DNA of 64,000 nucleotides from NCBI GenBank assembly GCA_951406725.2, contig OX597818.1:57226001-57290000 (forward strand), read 5' to 3'. Made by a program: the position numbers and the translations under genes. Below are positions 26,280 through 40,806 of the stretch, piece by piece. This DNA comes from Octopus vulgaris. Taxonomy: Eukaryota. The notes under the pieces are model-generated. The model did no database searches and was not told the origin of the DNA. It was given only the letters and a program-made list of their open reading frames with translations. How positions within the stretch are numbered: the stretch's first letter is position 1; each line of letters opens with the position of its first letter.

Positions 26280-27564
26280 TTGGGTTGTCCGGAAAGTTCT
26301 TGCCGATTTTTAAAGGAAAGAAAAAGGTCAATAAATACTTGCCATTACATTTTTAATCACCAAATATGAACCATTTTGTTGCACAAGGCGTCTCCATCTT
26401 TCCTTTAACTTGAAAATACCCTCTTCCCAGAACTGAGGTGGTTTCATGGCAAAGAGTTCATCAAGGTATCCTTTTACGTCATCCAATGAATTGAAATTTT
26501 AACTATTAAGACTATTCTGCAGAGACCTGAATAAGTGGAAATCCGAAGGAGCAATATCTGGTGAATATGGAGGGTGGGGTAACACATCCCAGCTGAGCTG
26601 CAGCAATTTTTGTCAGGTTCCCAAAGAAACGTGCAGTCTTGCATTATCATGTTGGAAAACAACACCCTTCCTGTTGGCCAATTCTGGACGTTTCTCTTGA
26701 ATTGCTGCTTTTAAGTAGTTCAATTGTGTGCAGTATTTCTCAGAATTAATTGTCTAGTTACTTGGGGGAAGCTCATTGTACAGAATTCCTTTCCAGTCCC
26801 ACCAGACACAAAGTAACACTTATTTTAGGGTGAAGACCCGCTTTTGGGGTGGCTAAGGGTGGCTCATGTCGCTTACTCCTGGATCGCTTTCTCTGAACAT
26901 TTCGGTAGATAATCCATTTCTCATCACCTGTCACAATTTGCTTTAAAAACGGCGCGGTTTCATTTCGTTTATAAAGCGAATCACAGATGGAAATGTGATC
27001 CAAAAGGTTCTTCTCACTCAACTCATGTGGTACCCACACATCGTAGCGATTTGTGTACCACAGCTTTATCAGGTGCTCATAAACGACGGATTTTGATAGG
27101 TTGAGGCTTTCTGCCAATTCTCGGGTTGTGTAATGGGAATTATTCTCAATTAATGACTTGATTTGGTCTTCAGCTGTAATGGATGGTTTGCCTGATCGCT
27201 CTTTATCAATAAGGCTACAATCTCTAGCTAGGAACCTTGCAAACCACTTCTGTAAGGTTCTTCCGGATAAAGAAACATCACCGTAAACTGCGCATATTTC
27301 TTTGGTGGTTTTTGAGGCATTTTTCCCTTTTACGGAAGAAGAAAAGCATCAAGTGCCAAAAATAAACTTTCATATCTTCCATTTTAAAGGGTTACAGAAT
27401 GAACACAGGTTATAGGAACATAAACCTTCTTCCACGAAAAGATAACTTAAACTGTGCTCTAAATGGAGATGTAGTCAAATCCTACTTTATGGACTCAACC
27501 ATGTTCCTAAATAAGTCGAAAGGTAAGCTACTATAAATCGGCACGAACTTTCCGGAGAACCCAA
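26280..27564 (-). mobile_element. Full-length (~1.29 kb) decayed mariner transposon
   Basis: TIRs ttgggttgtccggaaagttcttgccgattt / aaatcggcacgaactttccggagaacccaa; WVPHELSEKN, IVTGDEKWIIY, HDNA, PYSPDIAPSDFHLF; frameshifts present. Confidence 0.95.
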
Positions 27565-28345
27565 TGTATACGTATATTGTTTTTATAAAAGAGTGAACTA
27601 CATAAAATATATTTTACACTATACAGTATCGGAGAGTTTGGTAATTTTTTCCCTGTATACCAAGTAATGAGTTAGTGACCAACAAACTTACTGACTGAAA
27701 GTCTGTTTATGCTGGTAACTATAACCACAAAACAAAATATTGACTTATACATTGATAGCTCTATCAATTGTAAGTCCAATGAGTAAGAAGTCCTAACTTT
27801 TGATTTTTAGTATAGATATAATATCACAGATTTTGTAGAGGAAACTAACTTCAATAAACTCCTACACCCACACCGGTGAGATGAAAAAGGAAGTCAAACC
27901 TAACGGTATTTAAACTCAGGAAGTAGATGTAATTAATTAAAATAGATACAAATATCTGATATATATATTAACAACATCGAAATTGATCTGGATAGAGGTG
28001 ATTCAGTAATATAGTAAAACTATAAAAGAATTATGTCTTCGGCATAATTCTTTGTTTCCGATTCAAAAGCCAAAATACAGGAAACTTTAATCCATTAATC
28101 CATTCAATGCATCAAACACGGATAAAGGATGTGAAAGCATGTTTTCCTAGTGTACAGGCAACAAATAATTTAAATTGTATTATTTGTGTTTATAAGCTGT
28201 GTTCGTAGAGAGTTAAAGACGGCATACAGTTACGGACAGAAATTTCAACAAGAACCAAAACGTACATGCATCGGTTCCTTCTCTTTTCTATCTAAAACTC
28301 ATTGCTTACAATCATCATAATACCCAGGATTATAGTACATTATGT

Positions 28346-28724
28346 GGAGGCGCAATGGCCCAGTGGTTAGGGCAGCGGACTCGCGGTCGTAGGATCACGG
28401 TTTCGATTCTCAGAACGGGCGTTGTGAGTGTTTATTGAGCGAAAACACCTAAAGCTCCATGAGGCTCCAGCAGGGGATGGTGGTGATCCCTGCTGTACTC
28501 TTTCACCACAACTTTCTCTCACTCTTACTTCCTGTTTCTGTTGTACCTGTATTTCAAAGGGCCGGCCTTGTCACTCTCTGTGTCACGCTGAATATCCCCG
28601 AGAACTACGTTAAGGGTACACGTGTCTGTGGAGTGCTCAGCCACTTACATGTTAATTTCACGAGCAGGCTGTTCCGTTGATCGGATCAACCGGAACCGTC
28701 GTCGTCGTAACCGACGGAGTGCTT
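28346..28724 (+). mobile_element. Full-length family C SINE with TSD
   Basis: tRNA-like head ggaggcgcaatggcccagtggttagggcagcgg; TSD atagtacattat at 28332 and 28731. Confidence 0.93.
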
Positions 28725-28960
28725 CCATCCATAGTACATTATAGCAATGAAATAACACACTGTTGAAACACAGGAAATTTTAAAATTCAAACTATATACC
28801 AACAAAGTGTTAAATATGAAAGTTGTGTATCTAGTTTACTTTAGTGAGTTTCTAACAGTCTGTTCGTTGATAGTCAAAGAGGGTATTCAGTCGGTGACGA
28901 AGATTCCACTGATAGTCTGAATGCACGAACAGCTGTTCCCTCTTCTTTTTTTTTTGTACG

Positions 28961-29124
28961 GGCGCAGGAGTGGCTGTATGGTAAGTAGCTTGCTTACCAA
29001 CCACATGGTTCCGGGTTCAGTCCCACTGCGTGGCAACTTGGGCAAGTGTCTTCTACTATAGCCTCGGGCCGACCAAAGCCTTGTGAGTGGATTTGGTAGA
29101 CGGAAACTGAAAGAAGCCCGTCGT

Positions 29125-29155
<31 letters not shown>

Positions 29156-29329
29156 CACACACCTACACAAAACGATCATAGAAAGTATGACCCCAAATGA
29201 CATTTTTCCGGCCAGCCTACTCACCAACACACACTCAGTGACACCAGAATGGACAGAGAGCTAAAATTCTTAGAAAACCCTTGGGGGTCCAGCAGGCCAA
29301 AGGAAATATTTTTTCCCTCTCAGATACAA

Positions 29330-29411
<82 letters not shown>

Positions 29412-29722
29412 ACACACATATACACACACACACACATACACACACACACACATACACATACACACATGTTTTCTCTCTCTCACTTCCTCCTCACCCACCT
29501 CACCCTCTTATACTGTCTTATTCCTCCCCACTACTACGAAACTCTATAAAATGTTCAAATTCCCCACAAAGGGATTAATTTGATTTGAAAACCCCACTGG
29601 AATGGGAGAAAGCGCTAATAATCCGAATGATATGATCTGAATGATATGATATATATATGTAAAAAATGTAATATATTAATAAATATCTATAAATATGAAC
29701 CATCCGATCTGATTACCTCATT

Positions 29723-29771
<49 letters not shown>

Positions 29772-30000
29772 GCATGAATGTATGTATGTGTGTGTGTGTG
29801 TGTATTTTTCCTCCCAACATCGCTTGACAGCCGATGCTGGTGTGTTTATGTCCCCGTAACTTAGCAGTTCGGCAAAAGAGACCGATAGAATAAGTACTAG
29901 GCTTACAAAGAATAAGTCCTGGGGTCGATTTGCTCGACTAAAGGTGGTGCTCCAGCATGACCCAGTCAAATGACTGAAACAAGCAAAAGAGTAAAAGAAT
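28961..30000 (+). mobile_element. Family B SINE halves (28961-29160 and 29790-30000) separated by microsatellite-rich insert
   Basis: Family homology; (CA)n at 29331-29466. Confidence 0.8.
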
Positions 30001-30001
30001 A

Positions 30002-30397
30002 TCTTTATATATAAGAGTGAAGTTGTGTGTCTGTCTCCTACGATTTAGATTCCTAACTACTCCCACATTTTGCGGTGCAGTTTAACCAAAACCGTGTATC
30101 TTATAGTCGTGATTCATATCGAGCCCTTCGGGGTATTAGCGCGCGTCTACGATGAGTCTACGATTTTAAAAATAATTTACCATCATTTTTTTCCATTTTA
30201 ATGCATTTTTTTCGGTATTATATAAGGGAAGTAACAATCTAAAAATGTCTACGATGAGTCAACGATTTAAAAAAAAATTATCATAATTTTTTTCCATTTT
30301 TAATGCATTTTTTTGCTATTTTTTGGCTATAACTCTCTAAAAATGCTTTATAGTTATTTCCCTTACAAACCCGAGCAACGCCGGGCGATACTGCTAG
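30002..30397 (+). mobile_element. Non-autonomous Helitron family 2, complete
   Basis: Near-identical to 16971-17353; A|TC...CTAG|T. Confidence 0.88.
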
Positions 30398-30984
30398 TAT
30401 ATATATATATATATAAAACGTATTGTTTACAATCGTTATGACGCACAGCGTTGGCTAAACTATCTGTAGATATGTTCTTTTGTACAACAATTAAATGCAA
30501 CTATAATAAAAAAAAAAAAAGCCAGTGATTTCTCATCAAATGTGAAATTATTATTGGTAGCTACAAGGACAGTTACTCTTGAAAAGTTGTAGCGAAACAG
30601 TTTGAATATTCTGCTTTGTTCTCGCTCTTTTATCGTTTTATAAGAACAATGTACGAAGATTTATAAGAATAGTGTATAAAGACTTGAATATCATTAAATC
30701 CTATGTTGATATTATCTGCAATATAAGCTTATTGTTTCTGTTATAATATACAGCGGCATTTCCTCTAGGTAATTGTTTTAAATACATTCGTTATCTGAAG
30801 TGTTAATTAGAAGCGAAAGACGTCGGAGTGGCTAACTGATTAAAACGAAATGAAATAACTTCAGAAAAGTGGAAAAGTATAGAAAAACGAAAAAATATAA
30901 AAAATAGTATTTCGCTAGAAGTGTCCTTCCTGAGAAAATGCATATCAGAAGGAAACAAGAGTTTCAAAACTTGTATTTAACTCT

Positions 30985-31030
30985 CTCACACTCACATATA
31001 TATATATATAATATATATATACACACACAC

Positions 31031-31066
<36 letters not shown>

Positions 31067-31140
31067 TATATATACATATATGATATAATATATATATATA
31101 TATATATATAACACACAAACATATATATATACACACACAC

Positions 31141-31171
<31 letters not shown>

Positions 31172-31207
31172 CACATATATATATATATAAAACAAATATA
31201 TATACAC

Positions 31208-31242
<35 letters not shown>

Positions 31243-31320
31243 TATATATATGTATATATATATATACAAACATATATACACACACACAATATATATATAT
31301 ATATACACATATATATACAC

Positions 31321-31353
<33 letters not shown>

Positions 31354-31426
31354 ACAAACATATATACACACACATATATATATATATATATACACACATA
31401 TATACACACACAATATATATATATAC

Positions 31427-31489
<63 letters not shown>

Positions 31490-31522
31490 ATATATGTATA
31501 TGTATATATATATGTATATATG

Positions 31523-31590
<68 letters not shown>

Positions 31591-31592
31591 CA

Positions 31593-31648
<56 letters not shown>

Positions 31649-31650
31649 CA

Positions 31651-31739
<89 letters not shown>

Positions 31740-31741
31740 TA
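30985..31741. repeat. Long compound (TA)n/(CA)n microsatellite
   Basis: Direct reading. Confidence 0.97.
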
Positions 31742-32234
31742 GCAGTCATAATAAGGTTTTCTTTGAGAGAAATCATTGAAATTACAATGATGTATAAGTG
31801 ATTTCGGAAAGTAGTGACAATCTAATGGATATCTTTTTTTGTAAGTTTTCCTATTTGTCGTGTTCTGGAAACAGCGGTGCCTCTCCTCTACAGTAATATA
31901 TTCTATTGAATATTTCTCTATTCTCTCTAAGGTTATAGCTTATCAATGCAGTATAACACAAGCTGTACGGTGTTATTGTAGTACAACAGTTCTATGTCTT
32001 GGGTGATGTGATAGATCTAATCCGTTGCTCTGCGTATTACACACATCAGGACTTTGCGGCTATTAAATTAGAAAATAAATATTTTTTTTTGCGTTGTCTT
32101 CTCTTGTAGTAACCCTCGAAAATCTTTCCTTGCTTTCACTCCAACGTATTTCGCGGACGTTAAGACAAACGTGTGCGGGCGTAAGCCGTTTTCTTTCAAG
32201 ACATAAATAAATAATAGTCATACATTACCTTTCT

Positions 32235-32286
<52 letters not shown>

Positions 32287-32291
32287 CATTG

Positions 32292-32584
32292 TCATTTACT
32301 TTTAATCTGCATGTTTGATGCAATCACCTGCCGGGGCACACCCAGCGCCCTAGGGCAAGTGAAGGTTAAGAGTTGTTGAAATATAGCTGAAAGCTTGGGG
32401 AGGGGAAGTAGAGATATATCTCCATGTAATGCAAACACAAACATTTACATTGATAGGGTTTTTCTAAGGATGTGGGCAGTACTTGTTAGCACAATCTTTT
32501 GGATTTCCTTGAGACATGGTTTTCCAGGGATATTGTCTAGGTGTTTCTGACATCCCTTTTTTATCATACCTAGGGCACCTACAA

Positions 32585-32586
<2 letters not shown>
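32292..32586 (-). pseudogene. 3' end of R4/Dong-like RLE retrotransposon in (TAA)n
   Basis: IVVGALGMIKKGCQKHLDNIPGKPCLKEIQKIVLTSTAHILRKTLSM; (ATT)n on both sides. Confidence 0.85.
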
Positions 32587-32662
<76 letters not shown>

Positions 32663-32666
<4 letters not shown>

Positions 32667-33062
32667 TAGTTTTATTTTTATAGCGTGCTTTCACTTCACT
32701 ACCGAGCGCAGCTCTGTGTGCCTTGGGTATGTACTGTGATTTGTTGTGATGCTCTGATGGTTATTGTATGGAAAGTGTTCTGCGTAGGATGTGTGCAGTG
32801 CCTAGTAGTGCAATTTTCTGTATGTTATATGTGTTTGTAAGTCCTGGTGTTTTTGTTATGTATTTGTCTGAATATTTTTTTATCATGCCTAATGCACCTA
32901 CTATGATAGGAATTGTTTCTGTTTTTAGATTCCACATTCTGGTTACCTCTATTTCCAGGTCTTTGTATTTTGAGAGTTTCTCCATTTCTTTTAGAGACAC
33001 GTTGTCATCAGCCGGTATTGATACATCAATTAGAAAGCATTTTTTTCTTCATGGTCTCTGAT
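32663..33062 (-). pseudogene. 3' end of a second R4/Dong-like RLE retrotransposon in (TAA)n
   Basis: CFLIDVSIPADDNVSLKEMEKLSKYKDLEIEVTRMW..PIIVGALG..QKIALLGTAHILRR. Confidence 0.9.
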
Positions 33063-33063
33063 A

Positions 33064-33117
<54 letters not shown>

Positions 33118-33139
33118 GTTGTTGTTGTTCTAGTTCATT

Positions 33140-33615
33140 AAGGCGGCGAGCTGGCAGAATCGTTAGCACGCCGGACGAAATGCTTAGCGGTATTTCGCCC
33201 TTCGCTACGTTGAGTTCAAATTCCGCCGAGGTTGACTTCTCTTTTTATCCTTTCGGGATCGATTAGATAAATACCAGTTACGCACTGGGGTCGATGTAAT
33301 TGTCTTAATCCTTTCCTCCAAATTTCAGGCCTTATGCTTCCAATGGAACGGATTATTATTCTAGTTAATTGACTTTACTATACCTATTTCTTTATTACCC
33401 ACAAGGGGCTAAACACAGAGGGGACAAACTAGGACACACATAGGTATTAAGTCGATTACATCGACTCCAGTGCATAACTGGTACTTAATTTATCGACCCC
33501 AAAAGGATGAAAGGCAAAGTCGACCTCGGCGGAATTTGAACTCACAACGTAACGACAGACGAAATACGGCTACGCATTTCGCCCGGCGTGCTAACGTTTC
33601 TGCCAGCTCGCCGCC
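33140..33615. mobile_element. Two family A SINEs tail-to-tail (33140-33360 +, 33382-33615 -)
   Basis: Family homology. Confidence 0.88.
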
Positions 33616-34016
33616 CTGAAATTTACCATACCGTCTCTGTTCTCTAACAATATCTGGGCTGTTACTCTACACGGAATCCGAATAGAGTGTGCCGTATATT
33701 TTGTTGATTTTATTTTGATTCAATATTAATGAGATTATAAGCAATGTGCGTGCGTATAGTTTAAAGAGGGCACGCAGGTGCTGATGGATGTTGCAACGAT
33801 AGCCAAAATCTACCCTTCTTTGCTTTGTGTCCTATTATTCAACATCAAATTAATTCTGATCCAGAAGACCGGGGCCCAAGTGTTAATTAATTGTGACAAT
33901 TCAGTCTTTCCGAGTATTCTCTGTATTTTTTGTATCGTGCTATTTTTTGTAATTACTCTTCCTATAGAAATTTTTGATTATCGTGTTTGAAATTTAACTA
34001 AATTTTAATTCTTATC

Positions 34017-34425
34017 AGACGCAGAAGTGGCTGTGTGGTAAGTAACTTCCTTACTAACCACATGGTTCCGGGTTCATTCCCACTGCGTGGCACGTTGGGC
34101 AAGTGTCTTCTACTATAGCCTCGGGCTGACCAAAGCCTTGTGAGTGGATTTGGTAGAGGGAAACTGAAAGAAGCCTGTCGTATATATGTATATATATATA
34201 TAAGTGTGAGTGTATATATTTGTGTCTGTGTTTGTCCCTCCAAACATCGCTTGACAACCGATGCTGGTGTGTTTATGTCCCTGTAACTTAGCGGTTTGGC
34301 AAAAAGAGACCGATAGAATTAGTACTAGGTTTCCAAAGAATAAGCCCTCGGGTGGATTTGCTCGACTAAAGGCGGTGTTCCAGCATGGCCACAGTCAAAT
34401 GACAAAAACAAGTAAAAGAGTAAAA
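34017..34425 (+). mobile_element. Full-length family B SINE
   Basis: Family homology. Confidence 0.92.
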
Positions 34426-34527
34426 TAGATATGAAGAAGGACGGCCAAGTAGGAAATATCCAAGAGAAAAAGCAACAAGAAACCCCAAAACAAACAAGTT
34501 GGTAGTCCAATAATTAGCTCTAGTTTA

Positions 34528-35046
34528 GTTATATGACCTGAGACATTCCAACTGTGGCTGTCCCGTCTTTATTTATGGACTGTAAATGAGCGCTTAATCC
34601 ATTTCGTCGTTCTATAAGTTGGTTTGGTGTTGGCTGAGAGAGAGATTTCACTGATCTTTCTAGCAGACTAGGTTACAGTGGGCTGTTGTGGACAGTTGCG
34701 TTATATGACCTGAGACATTCCAGGCGTGGCTATCCCATCTTTATTTATGGACTGTAAATGAGCACATAATCCATTCAGTCGTTCTATAAGTTGGTTTGGT
34801 GTTGGCTGAGTGAGAAATTTCACTGGTCTTTCTAGCAGAACTAGGTTACATTGGGCTGTTGTGGACAGTTGCGTTATATGACCTGAGACATTCCAGGCGT
34901 GGCTATTCCGTCTTTATTTATGGACTGTAAATGAGCATTTAATCCATTTAGTCGTTCTTTAAGTTGGTTTGGTGTTGGCTGAGAGAGAGATTTTTACTGA
35001 TCTTTCTAGCAGACTAGGTTACATTGGGCTGTTGTGGACAGTTGCG
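34528..35046. repeat. Tandem repeat, ~172-bp unit x3
   Basis: gttatatgacctgagacattcc at 34528, 34700, 34872. Confidence 0.93.
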
Positions 35047-35539
35047 GATATTAACGCAAGACGCCATGCTTAAATGAATAATATTGAATCGGCACAAAGA
35101 TATGTTCTGTAGTATGTAGGAAGGCGGAAAATTCGGATTTACTATAGAGGATTTGGTGCCGAATTGGAATACCTAACGTCTAATTTCTTTAATAATTTCT
35201 TTTCCCCAGGCAAAATATGAAGTTCTTAGAGGAGCGAGGAATAACGTTTTTTTTTCAATTCGCATCTATCTGAAAATTAATGAAATACAAAATAGATTCA
35301 GTTGGAATTTGAATTCAGTGAGGTATTGAAATAATCACTCTAACCTCTATCAACCTATTTTCTCTTAAGAGTAATAGCATTATCGAGAACAATAGCAATA
35401 ACAAAAGGAATAATCAAAATGGCTGATGGCAGATTCAGAAATTTAATTTGTCAGTAAAAGAGTGAAGAAATAGATGTGTGCTTAAGAAAAATAATTATAC
35501 TTTAAACACACTAACACTTGCATAAACACATACATACAG

Positions 35540-35605
<66 letters not shown>

Positions 35606-35992
35606 GTATACATATATATATATAAATCTATACATATATATATAAATTTATACACATATATATATATAAATTTATACAAATATATATATAAATTTATACA
35701 TATATATAATACATATATATACATTTAAATTTATACATATATATATAAATTTATACACATATATATATATATACATATATATACATTTAAATTTATACAT
35801 ATATATACACATATATATATATATACACATAAATTTATACATATATATATATATACGTATAAATTTATACATTTATACATGTATATATACGTATAAATTT
35901 ATATATATATATAAGTATAAATTTATACATGTATATATACGTATAAATTTATATATATACGTATAAATTTATATATATATATATACGTATAA

Positions 35993-36026
<34 letters not shown>

Positions 36027-36172
36027 GTATAAATTTATATATATATATATATATACGTATAAATTTATATATATATATACGTATAAATTTATACATATAT
36101 ATATACGTATAAATTTATATATATATATATACGTATAAATTTTTATATATATATATATATACGTATAAATTT

Positions 36173-36212
<40 letters not shown>

Positions 36213-36360
36213 GTATAATTTTATACATATACATATAAATTATATACATATATAAATATATACATATATACATATAGATTTATACATATATAGCAATTTA
36301 TACATATATACATATAGATTTATACATATATAGCAATTTATACATATATACATACATGAA
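35540..36360. repeat. AT-rich minisatellite (tatatacgtataaattta)n within (TA)n
   Basis: Direct reading. Confidence 0.93.
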
Positions 36361-36989
36361 AAATATATAAACGGACATATATGCATGCATATTTAGATAT
36401 TAGTGTACATATATACGCGCGCGCATATGTGTGTAGACATTTCGATGTACACAGAGGAAATGAAAGTAGACGATAGAATAGATTATATATATAATGTGTG
36501 TGTATGTATATGCGTACGTATGTATTAATATATAAACATATGTATATATATATACATATATAGTATGTATGTATGCGTGTGTACGCGAAACACTGGTACG
36601 CTTACCCATAAACACATACATTTATATGTATATATATATATATATATATATTAGGTGAGAGACGCACGCATATACACACATATATATATATACCTATATG
36701 TAAAGCAACACGCGCACCAACAAGTAAAGAACAATATTCACCCTCAGTCAAGTTTAATTTCTACTTGAAAGAGAAAATGTCTGCTTGTGAGTATCTCCTA
36801 TAATTAATGTAATGATACTTAGCAGAGTGTCTCGGATATCTCGGGAAAATTTAACGCAAACACAAAATTCAATTTGACAAAACCAACATTTTTATTTGAA
36901 ACAAATCAGATACTTAGAAAAGTTGATAGTTTTTGCTGAGTAAGTTGGTTTCTCAATTTAGGTTATACAATATATATTTACAGTATATC

Positions 36990-37230
36990 CTATTCTTTTC
37001 TACTTGTTTCAGTCCTTAGGCTGCGGCCTTGCTGGGGCACGGCTTTGAAGAGTGTTCAGTTGAATAAATCGCAATCCGAAATTATTTTTTTAAAGCTTTC
37101 TTTTTACTTATTTTAGCGATTTTTCTTTGTCGAACTGCTAATTTAAGCTGGCGTAATCACACCCAACACCGGTTGTCAAGTGATAGGGGAGGAGAAACAA
37201 AGACATTAAGAGATAAAAACATAAAAACAC
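36990..37230 (-). mobile_element. Diverged family B SINE 3' half
   Basis: cttgtttcagtc..ctgcggcc..ccggttgtcaag. Confidence 0.7.
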
Positions 37231-37239
37231 AAAGGCATC

Positions 37240-37296
37240 TACCTATCTGTATATCTATTTATATCTATCTATCTATCTATTTATCTATATCCATCC

Positions 37297-37366
<70 letters not shown>

Positions 37367-37449
37367 ACATCTATCTATCTATTTATATATCTACCTATCT
37401 ATTTATCTATCTATTTCTATCTACCTGTATCTATCTATTTATCTACCTG

Positions 37450-37522
<73 letters not shown>

Positions 37523-37551
37523 CTCTATCTCTCTCTCTCTCTCTCTCTCTA
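37240..37551. repeat. (TATC)n microsatellite
   Basis: Direct reading. Confidence 0.97.
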
Positions 37552-38100
37552 TAACAACATAAGCTGGGCTACACATATAAGCAGCAAAGTTGACATGGCC
37601 CGCAGAATGTGTTCCTGGATTCTCAGAACCTTCCAGTCGAGAGATTCCCACGCTATTATCCTTCTCTTCTCCACTTTTGCCCGACCCCACCTTGAATACT
37701 GCTGTCCACTGTGGTCTCCCTACACAAAACAAAATATTATGAGAATTAAAGCTCCCCAAAGGTCAATCACAAAAAAGATAGATGGCATGTCAGACCTTGA
37801 CTACTGGGGTAGACTAGAGAAGCTGAAATTGTATTCACTCCAACGACGCCGTGAACGCTACATTATCTGTATGATGTGGAAAATATTCCATCAGCACTGT
37901 CCGAATGATGTTGGCATCACCTTCAAAATGCATCCAAGGCTTGGACCACGTGCCATCCGTCCACAACAAAAATCTAAATCGCATCACATAACGACAATAC
38001 GGCACAACTATTTCACCTCAATTGGACCCGCTCTCTTCAACATTACACCAGGACACGTCAAAAAAGAAACAAGTTAGACATGGCCTGGGCCAATACTGGC
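37552..38100 (+). pseudogene. CR1-clade LINE ORF2 C-terminal fragment
   Basis: RPHLEYCCPLWSPY..QRSITKKI..YWGRLEKLKLYSLQRRRER. Confidence 0.9.
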
Positions 38101-38449
38101 CAAAAACCTTTCTAAGTTATTCTAAGTTATATATATATATATATATATATATATGTTTATCTATCTGTCAATCGATCTATCTGTCTATGTATACAAATAT
38201 ATAAGCCTATTCACATTTAGTAGTGGTCCACAACCGGGGTCTGTAAGACATCTGGGGGTTCATATAAGATTGTTGGGGTTCCACGCAAGCAAAATAGTAA
38301 ATTGGGGATCCCTAGTAACGTTTTAAGGGTCAAAGAAAAATGTTGCTTTAAACGTGTTTACCGCTCGAAACAACTAGGTTTCCTTCTCTAGCGTTTTACA
38401 TCGTTTAACAACAAAATATTAATTTTGAAAGAAGCACCTATAACACGGT

Positions 38450-39247
38450 GCCTTCACTAGAATGTTAGGTGCAGTGCTCAACATCTCTTGGAGGAAGGAT
38501 CCAACAAAACAACGGTTAAATGGGAATCTACCAACTTTCTCATCAACCATCCAAGAGCGGAGATTGAGGTTCGCTGGCCACTGCTGGAAAAGTAAAGAAC
38601 AGCTTGTGAATAACGTGTTGCTGTGGACACCAAATCATGGTAACACAGAGGCTGGAAGACCACGGAAGAGGTATATATAACAGTTTGTAGAAGATGTTAA
38701 ATGCCAAGTTCAAGACCTAGTACAACAGCTTGCAGAAGATGTTGCTGTTGAGCGAACGGTCTTCGTCCCAGAGCTCGCAAGATGGGAGAAGTCCGAAACG
38801 TGGTCCTTTGCTATTCGTAAGACCCGCCAAAGAGAAAGCAGGTCAACCCCCGACACCGAGAGCATCGACGGATGGATGAATGCGCATCCAGGCTCAGCGG
38901 TTGCGTAGGAAGTCGGGGACAAGAAACAGGAAGAAAGAGTGAGAGAAAGTTGTGGTGAAAGAGTACAACAGGGGTCGCCACCACCCCCTGCCGGAGCCTC
39001 GTGGAGTTTAGGTGTTTTCGCTCAATAAACACACACAACGCTCGGTCTGGGAATCGAAACCGCGATCCTCCGACCGCGAGTCCGCTGCCCTAAGCACTGG
39101 GCCATTGCGCCTCCACTGCAGAAGATGTTGGATGCCAAGTTGAAGACCTAAAAACACTAGTGGAAGATCGGAAGGAATGGAGAGCGGTAGTGAGATGGAT
39201 GGTAGTTAGGCTCTCCCAGGCAACCAACCAGATTAGATGATGCCTCG

Positions 39248-39278
<31 letters not shown>
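38450..39278 (+). pseudogene. RTE-clade LINE 3' end with (TAA)n tail, interrupted by a SINE
   Basis: LNISWR..IQERRLRFAGHCW..VLLWTP.HG..GRPRKRY; continues after 39117 (EDRKEWR). Confidence 0.87.
38745..39116 (-). mobile_element. Family C SINE with TSD
   Basis: TSD tgcagaagatgttg at 38731 and 39117. Confidence 0.88.
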
Positions 39279-39280
<2 letters not shown>

Positions 39281-39285
39281 CGTAT

Positions 39286-39693
39286 AGGCGCAGGAGTGGC
39301 TGTGTGGTAAGTAGCTTGCTAACCAACCACATGGTTCCGGGTTCAGTCCCACTGCGTGACATCTTGGGCAGGTGTCTTCTGCTATAGCCTCGGGCCGACC
39401 AAAGCCTTGTGAGTGGATTTGGTAAACGGAAACTGAAAGAAGCCTGTCGTATATATGTATATATATGTATGTGTGTGTATATGCTTGTGTGTCTGTTTTT
39501 GTCTCTCTAGCATTGCTTGACAACCGATGCTGGTGTGTTTACGTCCCCGTCACTTAGCGGTTCGGCAAAAGCGACCGATAGAATAAGTACTGGGCTTACA
39601 AAGAATAAGTCCCAGGGTCGAGTTGCTCGACTAAAGGCGGTGCTCTAGCATGGCCGCAGTCAAATGACTGAAACAAGTAAAAGAGTAAAGAGT
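39286..39693 (+). mobile_element. Full-length family B SINE
   Basis: Family homology. Confidence 0.92.
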
Positions 39694-40054
39694 ATAACTT
39701 TCAAACATCAAATGTCGGTTGACCAGAGTAAAATAGTAACCAAACGCCCCAAGATAAAGAAATAGTTGGACAAAGCCTTCGTCCAACTATATCGTTTCGT
39801 GAGTTTATCTCACCAGGGAGTTATCGTTTAGCTTGCTGTGTCCGCTTCACGTAAACAATGATGAGGGTAGTGTTTTTGTGGCTTTTAGAGTGAATATTTG
39901 ACTCCTATTTTTAGCAATCGGCGGTTGCTATGTTGTACCCTTTATTTATTGATTCCTTTTTGGTTATTAATTATTAGCGAGCCACTTATAATATGATGTG
40001 TTTAATGTATCTTAATATATTAATATATCATTAGAATATCTTTTGCATTGATGG

Positions 40055-40806
40055 CACACACGCACACACACACATGTATATATATATATATACGAATACA
40101 TACATATATATATACATATATATATACATATACATATATACATATATATATATATATACATGTACATACATATATATATATATACATGTACATACATATA
40201 TATATATACATGTACATACATATACTTACATACATATATATACATGTACATACATATACTTACATACATATATATACACATATATATATGTATACATACA
40301 TATATATACACATACATATATATATGTATACATACATATATATACACATACATATATATATGTATACATACATATATGTATACATACATATATATATGTA
40401 TACATACATATATGTATACATACATATATACATACATATATACATATATGTATACATATATACATATACATGCATGTAGATACATACATACATATACATG
40501 CATGTAGATACATACATACATACATAAATATATATACTTACACATACACATATATACATGTACATACATATATATATATATACATATATACACATACATG
40601 CACATACATATATACACACACACACACATACATATATACACATACATAGATACACATACATACATGCACATAGATGCATATACATAGATATACATACATA
40701 TATTACATATATATACATGCATACATCTATTACATATATATACATATATTACATGCATGCATATATATACACATGCATACATATATATATATATATATAT
40801 ATACAT
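40055..40806. repeat. Compound (TA)/(CA)/(CATA) microsatellite
   Basis: Direct reading. Confidence 0.95.

Noticed and set aside
28346-28420. tRNA-like sequences
   Set aside because: SINE heads continuing into SINE bodies with TSDs, not functional tRNA genes
34528-35046. Possible CRISPR-like arrays (also 8492-9260)
   Set aside because: Whole units repeat with no unique spacers; eukaryotic context and no cas genes
38220-38440. hAT-like terminus tagtggtccacaacc (also cagtgtttcccaaa at 24488)
   Set aside because: No matching second TIR or 8-bp TSD found
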